A stretch of DNA of 64,000 nt from a virus (IMGVR_UViG_3300015615_000629:32001-96000), one strand, 5' to 3'; shown: positions 39,066 through 48,543, counted from the first letter of the stretch. A program made the numbers and translations. Notes: a model not told the origin generated them from the sequence alone.

Positions 39066-40316
39066 CTATGCGGCAGAATCAAAAATGCTCTTTTCTCCAT
39101 TCAAAACGTCTGCCGTTAGAATGTAGTGGTTGCCAGCCCCGTGTTCAGGAATCTCATACAAAATGTCTTGCATGATGTTTTCCACAACCAACCGAAGTGC
39201 CCTGGCACCGGTATTTAACTTAATTGCCTTCTTGGCAATCAACCGTGCGGCCTCTTCGGTGACGACGAGATCAGAACCTTCAAAATTGACAAGTTTACTG
39301 TATTGCTTCAAAAGTGCATTTTTTGGTTCTACCAAAATACGCACCAAATCCTCTTCTTTAAGCTGTTCTACAGGTGCAATTACAGGCAACCTACCAATTA
39401 ACTCAGGAATTAAACCAAATTCGCACAAGTCTTCCGGCCCGACCTCTGCAAGTAATTGGTTAATTTCATGAGTAGTGAACAAACTCTGTTCATTAAATCC
39501 AATCCGTTGTTTTCCCATTCTTTTCGACACAATTTTGTCTAGTCCAACAAACGTGCCACCACAAATGAAAAGAACGTTTTTTGTATTTATCTGAATGTAC
39601 TTTTGCTCGGGATGCTTTCTTCCCCCTTGCGGTGGAATGTTAGAAACCGTTCCCTCAAGCATCTTCAATAATGCTTGCTGTACGCCTTCTCCCGACACAT
39701 CTCTTGTTATCGAGACATTGCCGCTAGTTTTTCCAATCTTATCAATTTCATCAATGTAAACAATGCCACGCTCGGCAGCCGATATATCTCCATCAGCAGC
39801 CACAAGCAATTTTTGCAGCAAGTTCTCTACATCTTCACCGACGTAACCAGCTTCAGTTAAAGTAGTTGCGTCACCAATGGCAAAAGGAACATTGAGAAAT
39901 TTGGCAAGAGTTTGGGCGAGAAGTGTTTTGCCTGAACCAGTTGGGCCAATTAAGAGAAGATTACTCTTATCGATTTCTACTTCATCTGGTTTATCGGCGT
40001 TGTCGATTTGGTTTTGAATTCTTTTATAATGGCAAGAAACAGCAACGGCTAATGCCTTTTTTGCTCTGCTTTGGCCGACAATGTATTGGTCCAGATGTTG
40101 AACAATCTGCTTCGGAGTAGGAATTGTCAGACGCTCCATTTTAGATTCTTGGATGGCTTCCATTTGAATCTGTTCGGCAGCCATTCTCACGCAATTAAAG
40201 CAAATTTTGGGCACAACAGGCCCAATGGACACTTCGGCCGCAAATAACTGGCGATCCTCCTCTTCGTTATAATCTGAGCCGCAGAAGTTACAAATCGCAG
40301 TCTTCTTTTTAGCCAT
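39066..40316 (-). CDS. clpX: ATP-dependent Clp protease ATP-binding subunit ClpX
   Basis: C4 Zn finger, [40 protein letters not shown] loop, GARAL. Confidence 0.95.
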   Translation of the reverse strand: MAKKKTAICNFCGSDYNEEEDRQLFAAEVSIGPVVPKICFNCVRMAAEQIQMEAIQESKMERLTIPTPKQIVQHLDQYIVGQSRAKKALAVAVSCHYKRIQNQIDNADKPDEVEIDKSNLLLIGPTGSGKTLLAQTLAKFLNVPFAIGDATTLTEAGYVGEDVENLLQKLLVAADGDISAAERGIVYIDEIDKIGKTSGNVSITRDVSGEGVQQALLKMLEGTVSNIPPQGGRKHPEQKYIQINTKNVLFICGGTFVGLDKIVSKRMGKQRIGFNEQSLFTTHEINQLLAEVGPEDLCEFGLIPELIGRLPVIAPVEQLKEEDLVRILVEPKNALLKQYSKLVNFEGSDLVVTEEAARLIAKKAIKLNTGARALRLVVENIMQDILYEIPEHGAGNHYILTADVLNGEKSIFDSAA

Positions 40317-40354
40317 TCTTTGTTCCTTGTCTAATTTATCACAGCCGCTTCGCT

Positions 40355-40383
40355 ATTGTAACACAGATGTAACATCCGGTAAA
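40355..40383 (-). promoter_or_regulatory. sigma70-type promoter for clpX
   Basis: TTTACC-17-TACAAT with TGTGT. Confidence 0.55.
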
Positions 40384-40415
40384 GCCGAATTAATCTCAAG
40401 ACTCAAGATATTGCC

Positions 40416-41144
40416 TTATAAGGACTTATCTCCAGAAAGCCACTTTTGTCTGATATAGGCGTGATTATTTTTCAAATGTGGGCTAAGATCAACGGTCTTT
40501 AGGACTTCGGTTACTGTCTTGTTGCTATAGTGGTGAACTAGATTCAGCGACAAGGCATAAATCCTTTTGCCGCGACTTTTGAGCCGAAACGCCAAATCCG
40601 AATCTTCACAATACGCAAAACTCAAATTCTTAGAATCAAAAAGCCCATTTTCCAAATAAGTCTGTCTCGATAAGCACATGCACCAGCCGCAAATATAATC
40701 AGCATCATCGCCTAAAGCACCTTTATAACCCACTCCATATTCATTAAGACAACCACCAAGATAACCACAAAGCGAATAATCGGTGTTTTGCAACCAAGAT
40801 ATCAATGCTTTGTCCCAATTAGGCTTTGTTTCAGTATCAGTGTTTAAAAGAATTAAATAAGGGCTTTTGGCAATAGATGCCAGATGATTATTGGGCTTAA
40901 TAAAACCAATATTTTCTTCAGATCTGATGTAAGTTGCGTCGATACTTTTTAAATAATCTGCGGTTTCTTTATTGCTGGCGTTGTCCCAAATGTATAAGTT
41001 GTAATTACTTGTGGTGTTTTTTATGCCTTCGATGCAATTTTTCACGTAAGGAAGTTGATTGTGAACAACAATCAAAATATCCTTTTCCACTGGTTTATAC
41101 TTGGAAAGTATAGCAATTTCATATCGAATGGTATCTTGATCCAT
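40416..41144 (-). CDS. glycosyltransferase family 2
   Basis: WDNAS, ENIGF, LLNTD, YCEDSDL. Confidence 0.85.
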   Translation of the reverse strand: MDQDTIRYEIAILSKYKPVEKDILIVVHNQLPYVKNCIEGIKNTTSNYNLYIWDNASNKETADYLKSIDATYIRSEENIGFIKPNNHLASIAKSPYLILLNTDTETKPNWDKALISWLQNTDYSLCGYLGGCLNEYGVGYKGALGDDADYICGWCMCLSRQTYLENGLFDSKNLSFAYCEDSDLAFRLKSRGKRIYALSLNLVHHYSNKTVTEVLKTVDLSPHLKNNHAYIRQKWLSGDKSL

Positions 41145-41163
41145 GAACTATAAGAGTATCAAT

Positions 41164-41196
41164 AAAAAAAGCCTGCGATTTCTCGCAGGCTTTTTT
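41164..41196. terminator. bidirectional intrinsic terminator
   Basis: AAAAAAGCCTGCGA-loop-TCGCAGGCTTTTTT. Confidence 0.85.
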
Positions 41197-41218
41197 AAAT
41201 CTGATTGGAAATGTTGGA

Positions 41219-41647
41219 TTAACCAACCTTCTTCCACAGTTGATCTTCGCCTTTCGTGACCGTCTTGGCCTCGTTCTGCATCTTGTAGAGCGTCTGATAG
41301 ATGGTGTTGGACAAACCATCCTTCGAACCACGGGACTTGTAACCCGAAGTAATGACTTGACGCAAAACGTCGGCGATTTCCAAACCGGCCGGATTCTTGT
41401 CAAGAATTTCAAGAATCACCTCCTTGAGCTTCATCCGCTTGCCATCCTTGACCTTGGCCGCCTTCGGAGCAGCCGCGACCTTATTCTTGGATCCAGGCTT
41501 GCGACCACGCTTTTTGCCAGTCGGGGCGACGGCAACATGACCATTAGCGGACGAACCGCCACGAATCAGGACTTCCATCTTTCCAACCAATTCCGAACGC
41601 TCGGCATCCAATGCCTCAAGTCGTGTAGCCAAAGTGAGCAAACTCAT
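41219..41647 (-). CDS. nucleoid-associated-like DNA-binding protein (coiled coil, AT-hook-like motif, winged helix)
   Basis: KKRGRKPGSK followed by LKEVILEIL...GY.S wHTH-like domain. Confidence 0.6.
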   Translation of the reverse strand: MSLLTLATRLEALDAERSELVGKMEVLIRGGSSANGHVAVAPTGKKRGRKPGSKNKVAAAPKAAKVKDGKRMKLKEVILEILDKNPAGLEIADVLRQVITSGYKSRGSKDGLSNTIYQTLYKMQNEAKTVTKGEDQLWKKVG

Positions 41648-41708
41648 GCTCTTACCTCTCCATTTCTAAGACAATTTCTTTCTTGTGGCACTCGCCACAA
41701 CCAACATC

Positions 41709-41737
41709 ACTATACGAACGTAAAACCAGCATGTAAA
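41709..41737 (-). promoter_or_regulatory. sigma70-type promoter
   Basis: TTTACA-17-TATAGT. Confidence 0.6.
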
Positions 41738-41820
41738 GGTGCTCACATCAAATTAAATCTATCACTCAATATAAACCTTTACCGCACAACAAGTTACGTC
41801 ACTTAAATTTTTCGACATTT

Positions 41821-42369
41821 TTACGAAACTAGTCGGCCATTTACGTCTTCAATTTCCGAAATTACTTGCTCTAACTCGTTACAGCCAAAGGACTTGTATT
41901 CGATTTTATTGCGATCTAGGAACATGATAATCTCTTGGTCGATTTGTTTGGCTTGTTCGTGGGTTTCGTAGCGACCGTGTGACACATATTCGGCTGGCCT
42001 ATGTAGAAACACATTGATTGGTTTGGTTTTCCCGTTGTGAGATGATTCGTAATCGCTCAGAATGGCCTTTAGGTGAGCAGAGCTAACAAATTTGTATTTT
42101 TCTGCGTAGAAAACCTGTAGGTGCATGGGAGAATCGGTAACAATGTGCTCGACACCGGCACAAAACAACTGATCCTCTTCGTGCAGTTGCTTGGCAAACA
42201 CGTAGCATTGGTCAAAGGATTTGGGAACACGGCTAGAGTAAGCCCATTGCTTGATGTATTCCCGAACCAATTCTATGTTGTAGCCTTTTATTTTTAGTTC
42301 AGAATAGATTCTGGCCGCTATGGTGCTTTTACCACAGCCGGCACCGCCATAAAGGTTAATTCTAGCCAT
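41821..42369 (-). CDS. P-loop kinase/ATPase (NadR/AAA_28-like)
   Basis: INLYGGAGCGKST, REYIK, IVTDSP, GRYET. Confidence 0.75.
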   Translation of the reverse strand: MARINLYGGAGCGKSTIAARIYSELKIKGYNIELVREYIKQWAYSSRVPKSFDQCYVFAKQLHEEDQLFCAGVEHIVTDSPMHLQVFYAEKYKFVSSAHLKAILSDYESSHNGKTKPINVFLHRPAEYVSHGRYETHEQAKQIDQEIIMFLDRNKIEYKSFGCNELEQVISEIEDVNGRLVS

Positions 42370-42421
42370 AAAGGTTAATTCTGTGCTTTGACTTGTGGGT
42401 TCTTCCGCAAGTTGGCACAAG

Positions 42422-42703
42422 TCATATGGTAACTTCTTTTAATAAAGAAATCAATTCATCATGGTTCAAATTCCGCTCTACAACATGAAAATTTAGAAAA
42501 TCAAATTCTGAGTCGGATATTCCGCAGCGAGATGTAAGAGATATTTTATCTTCTAATTTCCAACGGCGTATAAGCCATGCGGTTGCTAAAACCAAGTTTC
42601 TAGAAGAAGTATCAAATACAGAAGGACAATTCTCACAAGATGTAATACCATCTTTTAAAGGCAACTTTAGTTTAAAGCCGCAATTGGGGCAAAAATATAT
42701 CAC
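42422..42703 (-). CDS. zinc-ribbon protein
   Basis: CPNCG...CENC. Confidence 0.6.
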   Translation of the reverse strand: MIYFCPNCGFKLKLPLKDGITSCENCPSVFDTSSRNLVLATAWLIRRWKLEDKISLTSRCGISDSEFDFLNFHVVERNLNHDELISLLKEVTI

Positions 42704-42782
42704 ACTACTATTTATGAATTACGTTATAGAGTATTTTATCCAAAAATAAATTTAATCACTATTGGTTGAATCGGAAACATTT

Positions 42783-43112
42783 TCACTTATTCAGGTACAG
42801 ATGAATTGGCAAAACTAAAGTTTTGTCCGGTTCATCTAAAATTACAGAAACCAGCCCTGGTTTGACAATTAAATGAACCATTAGATTTTTTGCTCTATTC
42901 GGCTCATTCCATTTTTGTTTAGCTTCAACATTTTGATAAACAAAAACTTCGTCATCTGTAACATGTTCGCAAAACGCTTCGGGCCAATACGATTTAACAG
43001 CCCTGATGGCTTCTTTTAAGGGCTCAGCCTCTTGGGTTGGCAGGTCATATTTGTAAAGCGGATCGGTTGGGGGCGGCGTGCAAGGCGTTGCGGGTCTGAT
43101 CGGAAGTTTCAT
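42783..43112 (-). CDS. hypothetical protein
   Basis: 109 aa; GGAG RBS. Confidence 0.6.
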   Translation of the reverse strand: MKLPIRPATPCTPPPTDPLYKYDLPTQEAEPLKEAIRAVKSYWPEAFCEHVTDDEVFVYQNVEAKQKWNEPNRAKNLMVHLIVKPGLVSVILDEPDKTLVLPIHLYLNK

Positions 43113-43123
43113 TCAATTTCTCC

Positions 43124-43162
43124 AAAAAAAATACCTTGTGGAGCCGAAACCCCACAAGGTAT
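43124..43162 (-). terminator. intrinsic terminator
   Basis: ATACCTTGTGG/CCACAAGGTAT stem plus U-tract. Confidence 0.75.
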
Positions 43163-43191
43163 CCCAAGGCCAAGGTGCCTTCTCACAGATG

Positions 43192-44343
43192 TTATTCCAC
43201 AGAACGAGCGTGTTTGCGAAGAATCTTGCGAATGTCCTCCTCCGCACGCTCGATACCTTCCAAAACAGCCTTCGTGAGCTTCAGGTCGTTCAACTGAATG
43301 CCGTCGGGAAGGCCATCGCCAGCAGTGTCGAGAATCTTTTGAATTGGAGCAAGATAAAGTTTGCTAATCTTGTTCCAAGTCAAGGGCTTCGCCCCATTCT
43401 CGGCATTACGGACATCTTTGCTGGTTACGCGAGCCTTGGCCGGCACCGCAGCCAATTCCTCAGCCTTCTTGTCAACCGCAGCCGAACGGTCGGCCATTTC
43501 TTTCTTGGCCGACGCAACATCGCCACCGGTCAATTCGGCTTCCACAGCGGCAGCCTTGGAAAGAGACAGTTTATCTCTGGCTTTTTCCAATTGAACCTTG
43601 GCCCGCTGGCGAATCCCATCCAACCGAACAGCCGCATGCTTGGTGGCATCCTCCAACTTTTGGAGCCGTTCTTCAACGTCAGTAATTTTACTGAATTCCA
43701 AGGCAGCCGTTCGATTAATCTCGTCGCGGCATAGAGAATCAAAAGTCTTTTCGTCCAAAGCGATTAGAGCATCGGTATCACGGAGCCAAGTGATGCTCAT
43801 GTTGGTGACGTTCAAAATAGTGTCGTCGTTAACGCCCTTCTCACGAAGGTAGCGAACGAGAACGATTGTGGCAGCGTCACCAATCGGTTTGCTAGTGTCG
43901 TTGCCCGTGTAAGCATATTTAAATGCATCGAGCACGGCCATGTTGGGATAAACGGTCATGGGAACTTCGGCGTAAAGTTCTATCGCCGGAACCCAATCCT
44001 GCTTCATGCGATCCCAACATAAAACATTGTCAGAACGCAACTTATCAATGCAGCGGTAACGGCGTTCACCATCGACCAACTGCAAATCGGAGGATTCTAT
44101 CAGTCGGCCTTCCAACGGCTGGCGAAGCCCTTCCGTGCGAATCGCTTCCCGCAATTCATCCATTTCTTCTTTGGTGAAGCCACGGGCAATTTGCTCACCG
44201 GCAAGAATGTTGCGAGGATTCCCGAAGCACAATTCGGCATCGGTGTCGAAATCGCCCTCTGGGAGCTTAATTTTCTCAAAATTGACTCGATACAAATCTC
44301 TATCAATATGAGTGACGCCTTCGATTTGCAATTCAGTTTGCAT
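43192..44343 (-). CDS. ParB/Srx N-terminal domain protein
   Basis: NPR...ELREAIRTEGLRQPL...LVDGERRYRC. Confidence 0.8.
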   Translation of the reverse strand: MQTELQIEGVTHIDRDLYRVNFEKIKLPEGDFDTDAELCFGNPRNILAGEQIARGFTKEEMDELREAIRTEGLRQPLEGRLIESSDLQLVDGERRYRCIDKLRSDNVLCWDRMKQDWVPAIELYAEVPMTVYPNMAVLDAFKYAYTGNDTSKPIGDAATIVLVRYLREKGVNDDTILNVTNMSITWLRDTDALIALDEKTFDSLCRDEINRTAALEFSKITDVEERLQKLEDATKHAAVRLDGIRQRAKVQLEKARDKLSLSKAAAVEAELTGGDVASAKKEMADRSAAVDKKAEELAAVPAKARVTSKDVRNAENGAKPLTWNKISKLYLAPIQKILDTAGDGLPDGIQLNDLKLTKAVLEGIERAEEDIRKILRKHARSVE

Positions 44344-44424
44344 TATTTCTGGCCTCTTGTTTTGAAAACAACCCCTGGAAAACCGAAAACTAGCAAACGC
44401 CAGTTTGTGTGTCAACCCATGTTT

Positions 44425-45024
44425 TTACAGTCGGCGGCAACGTATTAGCCAAGGAACCTCATATTCCTTTGTGCCAAAATTATCCAGCACAGAATTTCTT
44501 TTCCTAAGCACCAATCCTTCAAGGACTTCCGTTCCGGCTGCTTTTTTGTAAAGATTTTCAAAATCGGAGCCAAAAACTTCGGCAACATAGATGTGTTCAG
44601 TGGCTTTATAGGCAATATCACCTACAGAGTATTCGCCACAAATTTCAAAAAGTTGCCGCAACCGCTCCATTTGATTGACTCGGAACAGATACTTTCCGGC
44701 AAACAAAATGTCATAAAGAACAATTTTGTCTCTGAATCTTGGGTCTGTTAAACGACCGTAAAAAGATTCACCATCAAGCCAATACTCGGTATCCGGTTTA
44801 AACTTAAAAGTAGAAAATTCTACTTTTAGTTGTGGCTCATTACTTAATCGAAGCAAGCCACCATGCCGATTGAAAAATTCGATTTTTCCATTTGGCAAGA
44901 TGTGGACTAATGCCCGATGGCCATTAAACTTGTTCTGTGCAACCCAATCTCCGGTTGCATCGTATTTGGCCAGTTGGCCGGGTGGGAGATTGCCTTTAGG
45001 GCGGGGCGGAAAGATGAATTTCAC
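44425..45024 (-). CDS. ATP-dependent DNA ligase-like nucleotidyltransferase domain
   Basis: AQNKFNGHR, LDGE, LYDIL, EGLVLRK; no OB domain seen. Confidence 0.75.
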   Translation of the reverse strand: MKFIFPPRPKGNLPPGQLAKYDATGDWVAQNKFNGHRALVHILPNGKIEFFNRHGGLLRLSNEPQLKVEFSTFKFKPDTEYWLDGESFYGRLTDPRFRDKIVLYDILFAGKYLFRVNQMERLRQLFEICGEYSVGDIAYKATEHIYVAEVFGSDFENLYKKAAGTEVLEGLVLRKRNSVLDNFGTKEYEVPWLIRCRRL

Positions 45025-45225
45025 TTAACGGCTTTCAATTTTTTCAACAGGCTTTTTAGCCTCTTTGGCTTTAATCTGTTGATAGATTTCGTCGCGGTGA
45101 ACAGGAACATCGCTTGGAGCAGTAATCCCCAACCTTACCTTGTCACCGACAATTTGAACTACGGTAATTTCAATATTGTCGCCGATACGAATGACTTCAT
45201 CACGCTTCCGAGATAATACAAGCAT
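45025..45225 (-). CDS. csrA: carbon storage regulator CsrA
   Basis: MLVLSRK..E.I.IGD.I.ITVV...GDKVRLGI.AP.DVPVHR.EIY. Confidence 0.95.
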   Translation of the reverse strand: MLVLSRKRDEVIRIGDNIEITVVQIVGDKVRLGITAPSDVPVHRDEIYQQIKAKEAKKPVEKIESR

Positions 45226-45257
45226 GTCACACTCCGTTGCTGTGGCTAAACGGCTAT

Positions 45258-45285
45258 ATCATAGCACGCAGATGCCCTTTGTCAA
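45258..45285 (-). promoter_or_regulatory. sigma70-type promoter
   Basis: TTGACA-16-TATGAT with TGC. Confidence 0.75.
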
Positions 45286-45290
45286 GGCGT

Positions 45291-45833
45291 TTAATAGGTA
45301 ACTTGGGGAAGGTTGGCAAGGTCTATGATTGAATCCGCCTCAATCGCCAGCGAACTAGAAATCTGGTTTTCAAAAAATGCGATATCGACCCTTAATCCAT
45401 AATCCTCTCTCAACCTATTAACCGTCCTGGCATAATTTGTAAACCCCGACACTAAAACATATTTATCGTAACGAGTAGCCAACCTGACCATATCGTATAT
45501 TATTTCACAAGTCACATTGGCCCGATCTTCCTCGTCTACCTCAAAACCATTCATTATAAAGCCGGCCTTGCTATCAAGGAAATCATAAAGAACAGGATCA
45601 GCACCGTAATGATAGGTATAATAGAACCTAACGTCCGAAGTTCTTCCCTGGGCAATGAATTCCTGCAACTTAAGATAATCCGGCTTTAGGTTGTTCGCCC
45701 TTACAGAATGAAATAAACTTAAATTATCGATAAATATACAAATCTTTTCCTTTTTTCGCTGTAGGCGAGTAAGGGTTTGAATGGCTGCCAACACTCCGTT
45801 TGAATCGTTCCTCAACTTCTCGTTGTCAAGCAT
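45291..45833 (-). CDS. NYN/LabA (PIN-like) domain protein, degenerate
   Basis: IFIDN.SL...RFY...LVSG...L...AD..IDL; catalytic Asp residues partly missing. Confidence 0.65.
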   Translation of the reverse strand: MLDNEKLRNDSNGVLAAIQTLTRLQRKKEKICIFIDNLSLFHSVRANNLKPDYLKLQEFIAQGRTSDVRFYYTYHYGADPVLYDFLDSKAGFIMNGFEVDEEDRANVTCEIIYDMVRLATRYDKYVLVSGFTNYARTVNRLREDYGLRVDIAFFENQISSSLAIEADSIIDLANLPQVTY

Positions 45834-45878
45834 GCTCTACTTCTAAAAACTAAAAATGTGAATTCAGAAACCGAACAA

Positions 45879-45906
45879 ATACTAGCACAACAACCCCGAT
45901 TGTCAA
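45879..45906 (-). promoter_or_regulatory. sigma70-type promoter
   Basis: TTGACA-16-TAGTAT with TGTGC. Confidence 0.7.
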
Positions 45907-46001
45907 CTGACTGCTCTTTTCTGTTTTTGTAACTCTTTGAACACAAAGGACTTATACATTTTGAAATCCGAAGAACTAAATATTGTAACAAGGAGGTAAA
46001 A

Positions 46002-46148
46002 ATGCGTTGTCGAAAATCGGATGGAACCTACACAACTGTTAGTTGGCGATTCTTCTATGTGTCTTGCCCAAGGATAAATGTACTTTGCAACACAAAGTCT
46101 GGAGCATGGGTAGCAGCGATTACAGTTTGTAATCAATCTTTATTTTAA
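46002..46148 (+). CDS. small Cys-containing protein (48 aa)
   Basis: Strong RBS AAGGAGGT before ATG; MRCRKSDGTYTTVSWRFFYVSCP... Confidence 0.45.
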   Translation: MRCRKSDGTYTTVSWRFFYVSCPRINVLCNTKSGAWVAAITVCNQSLF

Positions 46149-46537
46149 GCCTCACCAACAACACCAATTATTGTAAAATTTGGTATGGGGGCAAATTCCG
46201 TAAAGTGTTTACTATCAGCGGGTTTGCCCCCATTTTGTCTATTTACTGCTATAGTAATGTGCTTAAATTCATTCATACTAGGAGCTTCTGTCTCTACAGC
46301 AGCTGCAATTACTTTATCATTTGCAGCAACTCCTTTAACCACTATTTGGAATTCCTTCCCCATTAAATCCGGAGTTTTGCAAGAGCCTAAATTCATAGTC
46401 ATATGACTAGCAATAATTTCCCATCCTTGGGGGATGTGTTGCCAGAAATGGCCAAGCAACAAATACTTGTTTTTGTCGTCTAAAATCAACCCACAATAAG
46501 AAATGTGGTTTCTCAAAGCAAATTCCCTAAATCTCAT
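46145..46537 (-). CDS. 2H phosphoesterase (tRNA-ligase cyclic-phosphodiesterase-like)
   Basis: Two HxT motifs: SHMT and KHIT. Confidence 0.7.
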   Translation of the reverse strand: MRFREFALRNHISYCGLILDDKNKYLLLGHFWQHIPQGWEIIASHMTMNLGSCKTPDLMGKEFQIVVKGVAANDKVIAAAVETEAPSMNEFKHITIAVNRQNGGKPADSKHFTEFAPIPNFTIIGVVGEA

Positions 46538-46540
46538 GTC

Positions 46541-47317
46541 CTATTTATTATAGAGCAGCTTTAAATCACGCAGACAAAGGTCGCGATTCCCCTCAATGAT
46601 ATTTTTGATTTCTGGATTTTCCTTACATACTTCGCCTATTGTAGCACCTCCCTCATGCCGAATCCAACTACGTCCACAAATCGCTTGCCCATATCCAAAC
46701 TTTTTCATCCGATAGGCTAGCTCTTCATCTTCATAACCTCCATAAGGATAAGGCTTTATGAAACCTTGTATTTTGGAAAACAACTCTCTTCTAGCCATTG
46801 CACAATATAAGGGAAGATAGCCTTCAGTGAGAATTATATCTTCGCTAAATTCGTTTTTATTGCTACGAAGTTGTTTAATTGCTCCATCGCCTGGATTATC
46901 GGTCTTGGCAGAGACTAATCCAATATTTTGTTTCTTCAATTTCAATAGAGATTTTCCTAATTCAATCATCCAATTTTTATCTTCAACAAGGCAATCGGAA
47001 TGCATAAACATAACATATGGTTGCTTTGTGGCTTTGAATCCTTCAAACAACGCACCACCAAATCCTAATCGTTCATTGTTTCTTACGGTTTTAATTTGTG
47101 GAGCATCTTTTAAACTCTTAATAAACTCTTCATTTGGAGAACAATCGTCTACTAGTGTTATCTGATAAGGATTGCTGACAACCGAATAAACAATACTGCG
47201 TGCTAGTCGAATTACCTTATTGTAATTTTTGTAAAATGGGATAATGATGTCCACTGGCGATCTGGAGAATTCAGACACTCTGATTGGCTTTGCTTTAATT
47301 TCCGTCTTCATACACAA
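46541..47317 (-). CDS. glycosyltransferase family 2
   Basis: DIIIPFY, LVDDCS, MHSD, GYEDEEL. Confidence 0.85.
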   Translation of the reverse strand: MCMKTEIKAKPIRVSEFSRSPVDIIIPFYKNYNKVIRLARSIVYSVVSNPYQITLVDDCSPNEEFIKSLKDAPQIKTVRNNERLGFGGALFEGFKATKQPYVMFMHSDCLVEDKNWMIELGKSLLKLKKQNIGLVSAKTDNPGDGAIKQLRSNKNEFSEDIILTEGYLPLYCAMARRELFSKIQGFIKPYPYGGYEDEELAYRMKKFGYGQAICGRSWIRHEGGATIGEVCKENPEIKNIIEGNRDLCLRDLKLLYNK

Positions 47318-47756
47318 CTTTTCCTATTTTTTGAATTTCTTCTCTTATGGCTTCGTAATCAAGTTCAGAGAAAAAGCAAATTTTCGCATTAATTCTCTCT
47401 TTTTCATTAAACAATAATGATTTTTCGAAACGATATTGGTGTTTTGGCTCAAACCTGTCTGAAATTATAAAAAGATATTTTTTAAGGTCTTCGCTTTCAT
47501 TTTGCATTAAGCATAAGGATTTTCTAATACCGTGATTAATATCGAAATCGTAATAATCTTGATAATTTGCTAATTGAAATACCGATTTCCCGACCCAACG
47601 TGGGATTTCATCGTGATCTGGGTGATAAATATACCACCTTTGGTCAGTATGGCAGCCGCGAATCGCTTCTATCAAGACATTTTTTAAAGGAACTACATCA
47701 CGAACATCTATTACGATAGAAGCAACAGTTTCATTAAACAATTCAATTGGTTGCAT
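47295..47756 (-). CDS. hypothetical protein
   Basis: 153-aa ORF within the glycan cluster. Confidence 0.6.
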   Translation of the reverse strand: MQPIELFNETVASIVIDVRDVVPLKNVLIEAIRGCHTDQRWYIYHPDHDEIPRWVGKSVFQLANYQDYYDFDINHGIRKSLCLMQNESEDLKKYLFIISDRFEPKHQYRFEKSLLFNEKERINAKICFFSELDYEAIREEIQKIGKVVYEDGN

Positions 47757-48543
47757 TTCGCTTCCTTTTTAATCTGTCGAACTTCCTGATTGGATTGTCG
47801 AAATGCTTTGCCGGATGAACTATACAGGTTTCGGTGTAATTTTCTGTTATTTCCTCCTTCCAACGAATAGGATATTTACGGAAATTACCAGACCAATCAT
47901 TGAAAGCATCGTTCCATCTCGACAAGCTCTTTAATTTTCCACCAAAATGAACAGCCAAAGTTGGTAACAAATTCTCAATAAGGTCATAACCGCCTTGTCT
48001 TATCAACCCAGGAAAAAAACCAGCGTCAAAGAAATTGGTTTTTTGAATAAATTGATCGAAAAACCTTTCTTCTAACACCCTCATGAAATCATTTTTTATA
48101 AAAAAACAACACCCGAGCATATAATGTCCGGATTTAATCTCTTCCCCAAGCATCCGCTCTACTAGGGGAAACTTCATCTTGTGTTCCCTTAAATTAGTCC
48201 CAATCAGCCATTCTCCTGTCAGGTCTTCCCAAAACTCGTCAGAAGTAAAAAGAGCATCATATTCACAATAACAATAATACTCTGCGTCGGGGAAGATTTT
48301 GCCCAATGCTTTTAAGCCAATAACAACATTTCTATAGGGGTTTTTATGATATCCATGTATGACACCGCATATCTTGTAGCAGGGCAATTTTACAGATTTT
48401 CCCCAATTGTCCCAATTGGCACCGTCTACAATAGCCAATATTTGATCAGTTGCATAATACTTCATGGAATCAATAGTATCGAGAACTACATCCGTATTTC
48501 CATGAACCCCCATGCAAATCGCTAATTTCTTAGATTCTAACAC
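47743..48543 (-). CDS. putative GT-A fold glycosyltransferase
   Basis: YCEYD (DxD-like), C-terminal IVHPAK; cluster context. Confidence 0.5.
   Translation of the reverse strand: MLESKKLAICMGVHGNTDVVLDTIDSMKYYATDQILAIVDGANWDNWGKSVKLPCYKICGVIHGYHKNPYRNVVIGLKALGKIFPDAEYYCYCEYDALFTSDEFWEDLTGEWLIGTNLREHKMKFPLVERMLGEEIKSGHYMLGCCFFIKNDFMRVLEERFFDQFIQKTNFFDAGFFPGLIRQGGYDLIENLLPTLAVHFGGKLKSLSRWNDAFNDWSGNFRKYPIRWKEEITENYTETCIVHPAKHFDNPIRKFDRLKRKRNATN

Noticed and set aside
45903-46136. 77-aa minus-strand ORF
   Set aside because: It has a TTG start without RBS and overlaps a plus-strand ORF with a strong SD plus a palindromic site.
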